Part shown: positions 1 to 11,748 of the stretch, piece after piece
Layout: every line of letters begins with the position of its first letter
Position numbering within the stretch: the first letter of the stretch is position 1
Assembly (NCBI GenBank): GCA_016186115.1
Contig: JACPMK010000002.1
Span: forward strand, 136,983-200,982
DNA length: 64,000 nt
Direction: 5' to 3'
Origin: Candidatus Wildermuthbacteria bacterium
GTDB taxonomy: Bacteria; Patescibacteriota; Minisyncoccia; Minisyncoccales; UBA10102
Made by a program: the position numbers and the translations under genes
The notes under the pieces: generated by a model
Seen by the model: only the letters and a program-made list of their open reading frames with translations
Databases searched by the model: none
What the model was told of the DNA's origin: nothing

Positions 1-3905
<3,905 letters not shown>

Positions 3906-3913
3906 ATTATTAT

Positions 3914-4933
3914 TTAGAACTGTTGCAGAAGACGCAGATCGCCGCCGTAGAACAGTCGGATATCAGGAATCCCAAATTTCATCATCGCAAGACGGTCCAA
4001 TCCCATGCCGAATGCAAATCCCTGCCACTCGCCGGGGTTGTACCGAACTGCTTTAAATACATTCGGATGCACCATGCCAGCTCCCATCATTTCCATCCAT
4101 CCCGCCTGCCCGCAGCTTGAGCATCCCCCTCCCCTACACAGGATGCATTGCATATCAACTTCAAAAGATGGCTCGGTAAAGGGAAAATAACTTGGCCGCA
4201 AACGAATTTTCGTTGGTGCTTGAAAAATTCTTTGATAAAATGTTTCGAGAATCGCTTTAAAGTTCGCCGCAGAAATATCTTTTCCAACCATCAATCCTTC
4301 GAGCTGATAAAAGTTAATTTCATGACGCGCATCAGTTGCTTCGTAGCGGAAAATCCGTCCGGGCGCAACAATCCGAAACGGAGGATTATGCTTCTCCATA
4401 TACCGGATTTGCACCGGACTTGTATGAGTCCGCAGAAGAAATTTTGGATTGAGCCAGAACGTGTCCCACATGTCTCTGGCTGGATGATTTTTGGGAATAT
4501 TAAGAGCATCAAAGTTATACCATTCGCTTTCAATCTCTGGCCCCTCAACCACGGCAAAACCCATATCCTGAAAAATTTCGACTGCCTTGCGCTGGATTAA
4601 AGTCAAAGGATGGAGATGGCCGCGGGTAAGTTTTTTGCCTGGCGCTGTCACGTCAATCCATTCCTTTTCTTCAGATCTGCGATTCTCTTCTCTTAATAAA
4701 TCATTCTTTCGCTGCTCAAAAATTTTGGCCAGCATTTCCTTGGTTTCATTTGCTTCTTTTCCTATTTGTGTCCGTTCTTCTTTTGTTAAAGTTCCCAAGG
4801 AACGCAAAACTGCGGTCAGTTTGCCTTTTCTGCCCAGATACGCATGAAAAATGTTATCGAGTTCCTTTAAATTTTGGGCTGATTCCAAAGCCGTTTTTGC
4901 TTCCCTTCCAAGGGTCTCCAAATCAATTGGCAT
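3914..4933 (-). CDS. pheS: phenylalanine--tRNA ligase alpha subunit
   Basis: 339-aa ORF with class II aaRS motifs (FRYEATDARHEINFYQLEG, GAGMVHPNV, GFAFGMGLDRLAM). Confidence 0.95.
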   Translation of the reverse strand: MPIDLETLGREAKTALESAQNLKELDNIFHAYLGRKGKLTAVLRSLGTLTKEERTQIGKEANETKEMLAKIFEQRKNDLLREENRRSEEKEWIDVTAPGKKLTRGHLHPLTLIQRKAVEIFQDMGFAVVEGPEIESEWYNFDALNIPKNHPARDMWDTFWLNPKFLLRTHTSPVQIRYMEKHNPPFRIVAPGRIFRYEATDARHEINFYQLEGLMVGKDISAANFKAILETFYQRIFQAPTKIRLRPSYFPFTEPSFEVDMQCILCRGGGCSSCGQAGWMEMMGAGMVHPNVFKAVRYNPGEWQGFAFGMGLDRLAMMKFGIPDIRLFYGGDLRLLQQF

Positions 4934-4939
4934 ATTATT

Positions 4940-4968
4940 ATTTTACCTTAAAATCAAGCACAAATCAA
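4940..4968 (-). promoter_or_regulatory. sigma70-type promoter of pheST
   Basis: Minus strand reads TTGATT, 17 nt, TAAAAT. Only 6 nt separate the -10 box from the pheS ATG at 4933. Confidence 0.5.
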
Positions 4969-5027
4969 TGGGGATAACTCTTTAAAAATAAGCCAAATTA
5001 AAGAGGGGAAGAAGATGAAAAAACATA

Positions 5028-5402
5028 CTATTTCTTTTTCCCCTCATGGTTCGCTCCATAGAGCTTTTGGTCGGGCTTCACTATCGAATGCCATCCACAC
5101 ACCAGACACATCCAACGACGCCAGCGCCTAACCCATTGAACAGTCGCTCTCTCATCGGACTGTTCCTTGTGTTTCTTGGGATCGATGCGATTTGGGCAGT
5201 ACGCTTTTACGGTGTGAGATAAATCTACTAGCTGGTGACCATCCATTGCTCCATTCGGAAATGCCCTCCAGCATTCCGTACATCGCAACTCTTGCGTGAA
5301 CTCCAAAAATACAACCGTTCTGCGAACCTCTTGCCCTTGAGATATTATGGCTTCCATCTCATTGTTCCCTCCTTTAAGGTGATGCAATGATTCTATCATC
5401 AT
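5028..5402 (-). CDS. hypothetical Cys-rich protein (CxxC...C...CxxC, W/R-rich C-terminus)
   Basis: 124-aa ORF containing CTEC, DGHQLVDLSH, CPNRIDPKKH and CLVC. It may be a degenerate HNH-like or zinc-ribbon fold, but I recognise no family with confidence. Confidence 0.5.
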   Translation of the reverse strand: MMIESLHHLKGGNNEMEAIISQGQEVRRTVVFLEFTQELRCTECWRAFPNGAMDGHQLVDLSHTVKAYCPNRIDPKKHKEQSDERATVQWVRRWRRWMCLVCGWHSIVKPDQKLYGANHEGKKK

Positions 5403-5466
5403 ATCTCTATCTTAAAACTTTGTCGAGATATAAAAAGCCGCTGGCACTTCTCCTCCATTTGCCGGA

Positions 5467-5724
5467 TCAGTTCCAGCGGAGCGAATCTTTGAGCATTTTT
5501 CTCATCGTTCTCAATCCCAAGCCAGATTTTAGATACTCTTCTCTATGTTTCGCATCGGGTCTACTGAAAAATGCTTCGTAGAAAATCAATTTATAGGGAC
5601 GAAATGGTTTTGTAGATAAACTTTTTCCGTTATTATGTTCTTCAAATCTTTGTTTCAGGTTACTCGTATAACCAATATATAAACTCTTGTTTTTCTGGCT
5701 CTGCAGAATATAAACGTAAAACAT
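5467..5724 (-). CDS. GIY-YIG nuclease family protein (UPF0213-like)
   Basis: 85-aa ORF. MFYVYILQSQKNKSLYIGYTSNLKQRFEEHN matches the GIY-(x10)-YIG signature. Confidence 0.8.
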   Translation of the reverse strand: MFYVYILQSQKNKSLYIGYTSNLKQRFEEHNNGKSLSTKPFRPYKLIFYEAFFSRPDAKHREEYLKSGLGLRTMRKMLKDSLRWN

Positions 5725-5751
5725 TAAAAATAATTCTTAAATTATACGTTG

Positions 5752-5827
5752 CGCGGGCGATGGGATTTGAACCCACGATCTTCTGCGTGACAGGCAGACG
5801 CTTTAAACCGGACTAAGCTACGCCCGC
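5752..5827 (-). tRNA. tRNA-Asp (GTC)
   Basis: 76-nt cloverleaf. Acceptor GCGGGCG/CGCCCGC, D stem GCTT/AAGC, anticodon loop CTGTCAC, T arm GTGGG-TTCAAAT-CCCAT. No encoded CCA. Confidence 0.9.
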
Positions 5828-5839
5828 AATCTTGCACTG

Positions 5840-5911
5840 TGCCGACGGGAGGGATCGAACCTCCGACCTTGGCCTTATGAAGACCCTGCTCTACCACTGA
5901 GCTACGCCGGC
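5840..5911 (-). tRNA. tRNA-Met (CAT), elongator-like (Ile2/lysidine type not excluded)
   Basis: 72-nt cloverleaf. Acceptor GCCGGCG/CGTCGGC, D arm GCTC-AGTGGTA-GAGC, anticodon loop TTCATAA, T arm GGAGG-TTCGATC-CCTCC. No encoded CCA. Confidence 0.85.
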
Positions 5912-5929
5912 ATGATACTCTCTCTATCC

Positions 5930-5958
5930 TTGCGAACAACAAAAAATTGTGATAGCAT
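5930..5958 (+). promoter_or_regulatory. sigma70-type promoter of the plus-strand CAT tRNA
   Basis: TTGCGA, 17 nt, TAGCAT. The -10 box ends 9 nt before tRNA position 1 at 5968, so the 5' leader would be about 2-3 nt. Confidence 0.45.
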
Positions 5959-5967
5959 AGAAACACG

Positions 5968-6038
5968 TGCGGGGTAGTGGAGGAGTCCCATGCGAGGCTC
6001 ATAACCTTGAGACGCCGGTGCAATTCCGGCCTCCGCAA
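5968..6038 (+). tRNA. tRNA with CAT anticodon, initiator-like, non-canonical T-loop
   Basis: 71 nt. Acceptor TGCGGGG/CTCCGCA (U1:A72), D stem GTGG/CCAT, anticodon arm CGAGG-CTCATAA-CCTTG, 4-nt variable region, T arm GCCGG-TGCAATT-CCGGC. It resembles bacterial tRNA-fMet (GCGGGG...GGCTCATAACC...CCGCAA) but has only two G:C pairs at the base of the anticodon stem. Confidence 0.7.
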
Positions 6039-6069
6039 CAAATTTATCGTATCTACTTTACCATCGAAT

Positions 6070-6633
6070 TTAAATCAAATCAAGGCCGGTGAGAACCTCT
6101 TCGTACAGGCGCAATACCCGCATTGCTTCATCTTTCCGTAGACGATAGTCGGGATCGTGAACAATATTATTGCGAACCGTATGCGCTTCTTTTAAAGAAG
6201 CAAGGTCCGGAACTAATGGTTCGGTTGCATTCACAAGACGCTCATCCGGACTAGCTCCCCGCACTTGCAAACGCTGCAGCACTTCATCGAGCATTTGATC
6301 TGCCTCGAGAATCGAGAGTTTCCACTCTCCCTCATTTGCCATTTCCAAACGCCTCATAATTCTCTGCCACTGTCGCTCACGCCGATGAAGCCCATAGGCC
6401 TTGTAGCGGGTAAATTCGGTGATGTCTTCAAGCATTTTTTCTCTTAGCCATGAAGTATGAAGAAGCGCATACACGATGAATACAAAAAAGAAAATGCCGA
6501 ACGCGCCAAGAAGAATTTGTCCGACAAAGATCAGGGTACGAAACCAAAAATTTTGCAGAAACGGAATGCCCTGAAAAATAGACGAGATATCTAAATTTTG
6601 AAAAATTCCTAAGAAACCATCCGGGGATTGCAT
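6070..6633 (-). CDS. membrane-anchored protein with HEPN/DUF4145-like C-terminal helical domain
   Basis: 187-aa ORF. It has hydrophobic N-terminal helices (LIFVGQILLGAFGIFFFVFIVYALL). The C-terminal motif AHTVRNNIVHDPDY fits the R-N-x3-H (Rx4H) HEPN signature. Confidence 0.45.
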   Translation of the reverse strand: MQSPDGFLGIFQNLDISSIFQGIPFLQNFWFRTLIFVGQILLGAFGIFFFVFIVYALLHTSWLREKMLEDITEFTRYKAYGLHRRERQWQRIMRRLEMANEGEWKLSILEADQMLDEVLQRLQVRGASPDERLVNATEPLVPDLASLKEAHTVRNNIVHDPDYRLRKDEAMRVLRLYEEVLTGLDLI

Positions 6634-8051
6634 ATTCGTTCAATAACTTTTGCTGTTCGGAATAAAACGGACTCTTTAAAGTGCTGGGCGATAAGCTGCA
6701 TTCCTATAGGAAGATTCTGTGCTTTTCCAACCGGCACAGAAATGGCAGGCAGGGCGACAAGATTTACCGGCACGGTGTACACGTCAACGAGATACATCGA
6801 AAGAGGATCTGCTGTTTTTTCGCCGATCCGAAACGGCAGAAATGGACTCACAGGGCCGGCAATAAGATCCACCTCTTTGAACGCTTGTTCAAAGTCGTGT
6901 TTGAGCAAGGTGCGAATTTTCTGTGCCTTAAGATAGAATGCGTCATAATATCCTGCTGACAATGCATATGTTCCCAGCATAATCCGGCGTTTCACCTCGG
7001 AACCAAATCCCCTTCCGCGCGTTTGCAGGTATTGACCCATAAGATCGAGCTCTCCATTTTGCTTCTCTTTATTTGGGGAATAACCGTAGCGTATACCGTC
7101 GTAGCGAGCGAGATTTGCAGAGGCCTCCGAGGTATTAATTATATAATACACCGCAAGGGCATATTGTACACTCGGCAAAGAAATTTCTTTGAGCTGCGCC
7201 CCTTCATGCTTGAGCTCATCCAAGGTTTTGACAATACGATCTTTGATTTGAGAATCTAATCCTTGCGCAAAATATTCTTTGGGGATGCCGATGCGAAGGT
7301 TATGGCAATCGATTCCCCCTTCGGCCATGTATTCAAAATCAACGGTTGTGGCATCAAAAGGATCACGTCCGGCAATAGTCGCAAAAATAATTTCCGCATC
7401 CTCCACCGTATTTGCAAAAGGCCCAACCTGATCCAATGAAGAGGCAAGGGCAATCACGCCATATCTCGAAACAGCTCCATAGGTGGGCTTCAGCCCCACT
7501 ACTCCGCAAAATGCTGCTGGCAAACGAATAGAACCTCCCGTATCTTCTCCCAAAGAAAAAACGCATTCTCCAGCCGCAACGCTTGCGGCGGAGCCCCCAG
7601 AGCTTCCTCCGGGCACGCGCGACAAATCAAACGGATTTTTGGTGGGGCCGAAAGCAGAATTCTCCGTGGAAGCGCCCATTCCAAATTCATCCATATTGGT
7701 TTTTCCCATCAAGAGAGCACCTGCTTGGCGAAGGCGCTGGGTGACAGTGGCGTCGAAAGCGGCGGTATACTGCTCGAGCATCCGAGAACCCGCAGTACAT
7801 CGCACTCCCTTGGCGCAAATTGCGTCCTTTAGGGAATAAGGGACGCCTGCGAGCGGAGGGAGTTGTTCTTTCTGAAAAATCTTTCTGTCAATTTCTTCTG
7901 CTTCTTTCAGAGCAATTTCAGGAGCAGTAGCAAGAAAGGCATGGATATCCTTATCCTGTTCTTCAATCTTTTTGAGATACGTCTGCGCCAACTCCTTTGC
8001 AGAAATCTCCCTTTTTGAAATTTTCTCGCGGATGCTCAAAATTGTTTCCAT
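6609..8051 (-). CDS. gatA: Asp/Glu-tRNA amidotransferase subunit A
   Basis: 480-aa ORF with the amidase signature GGSSGGSAASVAAG. It sits next to gatC. Confidence 0.95.
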   Translation of the reverse strand: METILSIREKISKREISAKELAQTYLKKIEEQDKDIHAFLATAPEIALKEAEEIDRKIFQKEQLPPLAGVPYSLKDAICAKGVRCTAGSRMLEQYTAAFDATVTQRLRQAGALLMGKTNMDEFGMGASTENSAFGPTKNPFDLSRVPGGSSGGSAASVAAGECVFSLGEDTGGSIRLPAAFCGVVGLKPTYGAVSRYGVIALASSLDQVGPFANTVEDAEIIFATIAGRDPFDATTVDFEYMAEGGIDCHNLRIGIPKEYFAQGLDSQIKDRIVKTLDELKHEGAQLKEISLPSVQYALAVYYIINTSEASANLARYDGIRYGYSPNKEKQNGELDLMGQYLQTRGRGFGSEVKRRIMLGTYALSAGYYDAFYLKAQKIRTLLKHDFEQAFKEVDLIAGPVSPFLPFRIGEKTADPLSMYLVDVYTVPVNLVALPAISVPVGKAQNLPIGMQLIAQHFKESVLFRTAKVIERICNPRMVS

Positions 8052-8054
8052 ACG

Positions 8055-8351
8055 CTAAGAGAAAATTGCCTTCACCCGGATAAACCCATCTTTTGTCTCC
8101 GGGGCAGAATCGATCAATTTTTGAATCGTGGCTGCATCGGTCTTGCAAACAAGGTCTTGCCTTGTTGTTTGCTTTGTCACGATGCTATGAGTCATTGGTT
8201 CAATTCCCGAAACATCAATTGCATTGAGTGTTGCAAAGTAATCCAAAATCGAAGAGAGTTCCTCCTGAAATTTTTGTATCTCTTCTTCGGACAACTCGAT
8301 GCGTGCAAGTTTTGCAATATGTTGTACTTCTTCTTTTGAAATCATATTCAT
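8055..8351 (-). CDS. gatC: Asp/Glu-tRNA amidotransferase subunit C
   Basis: 98-aa ORF with a typical GatC N-terminus (ISKEEVQHIAKLARIELSEEE), located upstream of gatA. Confidence 0.85.
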   Translation of the reverse strand: MNMISKEEVQHIAKLARIELSEEEIQKFQEELSSILDYFATLNAIDVSGIEPMTHSIVTKQTTRQDLVCKTDAATIQKLIDSAPETKDGFIRVKAIFS

Positions 8352-9415
8352 TTGGGCGGTTCCAAGTTTTCTGTTTCTACCAGTACCTCCGCTAATTCAT
8401 CGATGTTCTCCAAAACATACCCGGCGCCCCGAACCATTGCCGTCAGAGGATCTTCAATCACTCTCGTGGGAATTTTTGTTTCTTTGGCCAAAAGCAGATC
8501 CAATCCGCGAAGCAAAGCTCCTCCACCCCCCAAATAAATTCCATTGGTCATGACATCCGCAAGCAGTTCGGGCGGGGTCTCCTCTACGGTCTGCTTAATC
8601 TCATTCACAATCTGGCGCACTGATTTCTCCAGCGCCCTGCGTACGTCAATTTCTGAAATGATAATTTCTTCGGGAAGCCCGGTGATCATGTTCCTTCCGC
8701 GGAGAGGCATATCGCGCACTTCTTTGGTTGGATAGGCAGACCCGATCTGAATTTTGATCGCTTCGGCGGTCCTCTCTCCAATGAGAAGCTTATATTCCTC
8801 CTGCGCAAAATGAATAATATCATCATTCAATTTATCTCCTGCGATGCGCGAGGATTTTGCCAATACGATTCCTCCCAACGAAATGACCGCAACTTCTGTT
8901 GTTCCTCCGCCCATATCAACAATGAAATTTCCTCCGGCTTCCTGAACAGGAAGACGAGCCCCGATTGCAGTTGCCATAGGTTCGTCGATAAGATACACAT
9001 CCCGCGCTCCGGCATTGAGCGCTGCGTCCCGCACTGCTTTCTTTTCAACTTCGGTTACGCCAAAAGGAATGCCAATAATAGTACGAGGGCCCGGAGAAAG
9101 AGGAAAATGATTCCGGTATACCCGGTCAATAAAATATCGCAGCATTTGCTCGGTAATTTCAAAGTCAGAGATCACCCCTTTGACCAACGGTCTCGTTGCG
9201 ACAATATACGCGGGGGTTTTCCCCACCATTTTTTTTGCGTCTTCCCCGATTGCCAATACCTGACCTGTCTTCTGATTCACGGCCACCACCGACGGCTCCT
9301 GCAACACAATTCCCCTGCCCCGCACGTACACAAGCGAATTTGCGGTTCCCAAATCAATTGCAATGTCTTTGCCAAAACGGGAAATGAGCTTATTTAATGA
9401 AGGAATTATTCTCAT
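8348..9415 (-). CDS. mreB: rod shape-determining protein MreB (paralogue 1)
   Basis: 355-aa ORF with actin-fold motifs DLGTANSLVYV and VDMGGGTTEVAVISLGG. Confidence 0.9.
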   Translation of the reverse strand: MRIIPSLNKLISRFGKDIAIDLGTANSLVYVRGRGIVLQEPSVVAVNQKTGQVLAIGEDAKKMVGKTPAYIVATRPLVKGVISDFEITEQMLRYFIDRVYRNHFPLSPGPRTIIGIPFGVTEVEKKAVRDAALNAGARDVYLIDEPMATAIGARLPVQEAGGNFIVDMGGGTTEVAVISLGGIVLAKSSRIAGDKLNDDIIHFAQEEYKLLIGERTAEAIKIQIGSAYPTKEVRDMPLRGRNMITGLPEEIIISEIDVRRALEKSVRQIVNEIKQTVEETPPELLADVMTNGIYLGGGGALLRGLDLLLAKETKIPTRVIEDPLTAMVRGAGYVLENIDELAEVLVETENLEPPK

Positions 9416-9424
9416 AACGAAGTA

Positions 9425-10645
9425 TCAATGGATATACTCTTCAATGCGTTGCAAGGGTATGAATTCGGGTTCCTGACTGGCTCGCTTTTTTATTTCCACC
9501 ATATTTTTTTGAAGGGTTTTCTCGCTCGCGAGCAATCGGTATGGAATTCCCAATAGATCGGCATCGGCAAATTTTTCGCCCATCGCAACCTCTTGCCGGT
9601 CGTCATAGAGCACTTCAATACCCTTGCTTTGAAGCTGTACGTATAATGCTTCTGATTCTTTTTCTTTGCCGGGAAACCCCATAAGATGCACACGAAAGGG
9701 AGCAACGGCTTGAGGCCAAAGAATTCCCCTTCCATCGTGGAATACCTCAACCAATGCGCCCATGACGCGAGAAGTTCCAATGCCATAGCAGCCAGCGGCA
9801 ACCAATTGTTCTTTTCCTTCTTTATCCTTGAACGATACATGGAAATCCTGCGCGTATTTTGTTTTGAGAGGAAAGATATTTCCCACTTCAATGGCCTTTG
9901 TCCTGCTCAAGGATCCTCCGCAGCGCGTGCATGTATTTTCTTTTGCAATCTCGATATTTATTGCAATATCGCAATGAGTGCACAAAAGAATGGTATCCTC
10001 GCCAAACTGATTTGGCACCTGAAATTCCAAAGAAATATCAGAAAAAGTGCCTCCGGATGCCTTGGTCTCCACTGCATGGAGACCCACTCTCTGAAATACA
10101 TTCTCATAGGCCTTACGCATCACTTCGTAATATGCATCGCGATCCTGGCTAGTCGCATGAAAACTGTACAGATCTTTCATTCGAAATTCTCTTCCGCGAA
10201 GCAACCCTGATTTCGCGCGCGGCTCATCGCGAAATTTTGTTTGAATCTGATATAATGCCACCGGTAAATCCTTGTACGAGTCAATATAATGAGTAAGCAA
10301 AGGATACAAAATTTCCTCGTGAGTAGGGCCTAACGCGTATTCGCTTTTCGATTGGCTCGAAATTCTAAACAATACATCAAAAGAATCCCATCGTCCTGTT
10401 TTTTGCCAGTTTGCTTTTGGATGCAGCGAGGGCATGAATACTTCTTGGGCATTGGCTTTGTTCATTTCATCCCGCACGATATTTTCAATTTTATTTAAGG
10501 TGCGCAACCCCAAAGGCAGAAACGTATACACGCCCGCCATCTCTTTATGGATGAAACCGCCCCGAATGAGGAATCGCGCGTTAATGCTTTCTTCATCGCG
10601 CGGCACTTCTTTTTTGGTTCGCCCAAACAGCTGGGATTGTCTCAT
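9425..10645 (-). CDS. proS: proline--tRNA ligase, bacterial type without the INS editing domain
   Basis: 406-aa ORF. The N-terminus MRQSQLFGRTKKEVPRDEE...FLIRGGFI parallels E. coli ProRS. Between motifs 2 and 3 there is only a short CTHC...CTRC segment. Confidence 0.85.
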   Translation of the reverse strand: MRQSQLFGRTKKEVPRDEESINARFLIRGGFIHKEMAGVYTFLPLGLRTLNKIENIVRDEMNKANAQEVFMPSLHPKANWQKTGRWDSFDVLFRISSQSKSEYALGPTHEEILYPLLTHYIDSYKDLPVALYQIQTKFRDEPRAKSGLLRGREFRMKDLYSFHATSQDRDAYYEVMRKAYENVFQRVGLHAVETKASGGTFSDISLEFQVPNQFGEDTILLCTHCDIAINIEIAKENTCTRCGGSLSRTKAIEVGNIFPLKTKYAQDFHVSFKDKEGKEQLVAAGCYGIGTSRVMGALVEVFHDGRGILWPQAVAPFRVHLMGFPGKEKESEALYVQLQSKGIEVLYDDRQEVAMGEKFADADLLGIPYRLLASEKTLQKNMVEIKKRASQEPEFIPLQRIEEYIH

Positions 10646-10646
10646 G

Positions 10647-11744
10647 CTAAAAAATACGTCTGATATCGTTTACGGATACCCAAATGATGAAAGGGATCAA
10701 TAAAAGAAAGGACACAAGAATGAGTGTCTGAATTAATTTTGTCGGAAGAGGCCTTTTCACGATTGCCTCAATGCAAAGGAACAATGCTCTTCCGCCATCC
10801 AATGCGGGAATAGGAATGGTATTGAAAATGGCAAGATAAATGGCGATCAGCGAAACAAAATAAAGGAAATGGGCAATGCCTATGTCAAAAGAGCTTTGGA
10901 GCATCGACACAATGCCAATGGGGCCGGCCACTTGATTTTTCAAAGGAGGTCCTTGCCCCTGTATTTTTTCTTTGATAAGTTGTCCGGTTTCCTGAACGAT
11001 AGATAGGCTCACTTTCCCTGTCATGATTGCTCCCTGAACAGGTGCCTCGTACCAAGGAAATTGTATAAAGCCAGTTCGGGCCAATACAATTCCTACCGCT
11101 CCTTCTCCTGAAGGAGGCGTGACTCTTGGAACAACAGGAATCTTCACAATGTCATCTTTTCCTCTTTGAAGCGTCATCACAACCTCCTGTCCTTTATAGT
11201 GTTGGATGAAATCATGGGTATCGGCTACTTTTTGGGGTTCAAGAGCATCCCGCGAAACAGATTCCTGCAATCTTAAAATTACATCTCCCATATGGATGCC
11301 TGCTTTGGCAGCCGGCGAATCTGGCGCAATGCCAATAATTTGAACCTGCAGATGCTGACCTGCCATTGTTTCATCATCTGACACGGATACCGGAATTCCC
11401 CACGTCGTTCCCAAAAATCCCAAAAGCAACGCCGCCACAATCCACGAAGACGCTACTCCCGCAAGAACAATGATCATTCGCTGACTCACGGGCTTGCGGC
11501 TGAAGCTGGCGGGATCAGCAACATCCTTTTCTTCTCCCAGAAGTTTTACGAAAGCCCCGATAATCAAAGGATAAAAAGAATAGAAAGTTCCTTTTATTTT
11601 CTTTTTAAATAAAGCCGGAGTAAAAGGCATGCCGATTCCAAACTCCTCCACCGTAACGCCAAATTTGCGGGCAAGAAGAAAATGCCCCAGTTCATGAAGA
11701 ACAATCAGGAAAAGAATGCTCAAAAGGGAAATCGCAATGGTCAT
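10647..11744 (-). CDS. rseP: RIP (site-2) zinc metalloprotease, M50 family with PDZ-like insert
   Basis: 365-aa ORF with HELGHF near the N-terminus, multiple transmembrane segments and a C-terminal LDGG motif. Confidence 0.85.
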   Translation of the reverse strand: MTIAISLLSILFLIVLHELGHFLLARKFGVTVEEFGIGMPFTPALFKKKIKGTFYSFYPLIIGAFVKLLGEEKDVADPASFSRKPVSQRMIIVLAGVASSWIVAALLLGFLGTTWGIPVSVSDDETMAGQHLQVQIIGIAPDSPAAKAGIHMGDVILRLQESVSRDALEPQKVADTHDFIQHYKGQEVVMTLQRGKDDIVKIPVVPRVTPPSGEGAVGIVLARTGFIQFPWYEAPVQGAIMTGKVSLSIVQETGQLIKEKIQGQGPPLKNQVAGPIGIVSMLQSSFDIGIAHFLYFVSLIAIYLAIFNTIPIPALDGGRALFLCIEAIVKRPLPTKLIQTLILVSFLLLIPFIIWVSVNDIRRIF

Positions 11745-11748
11745 AAAA

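Noticed and set aside
5401-5431. Possible fourth, shorter copy of the palindromic element (ATATCTCTATCTTAAAACTTTGTCGAGATAT)
   Set aside because: It shares only the outer ATCTC/GAGAT arms and a TCTTAAAACT stretch, lacks the TGCGATCGCA core, and overlaps a start codon. The similarity is too weak to call.
5742-6041. 99-aa minus-strand ORF in the ORF track
   Set aside because: It runs straight through three tRNA genes and is an artefact of an open frame across structured RNA genes.
8810-9397. Long antisense ORFs inside well-supported genes: 8810-9397 within mreB, 9686-10210 within proS, 23081-23584 within alaS, 36935-37543 within rplE/rplX, 55112-55750 within trxB, and 59534-60040.
   Set aside because: Their translations are low-complexity or Cys/Arg/Ser-rich and contain no recognisable motifs. 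The opposite strand carries clearly homologous housekeeping proteins. This is typical of shadow ORFs.
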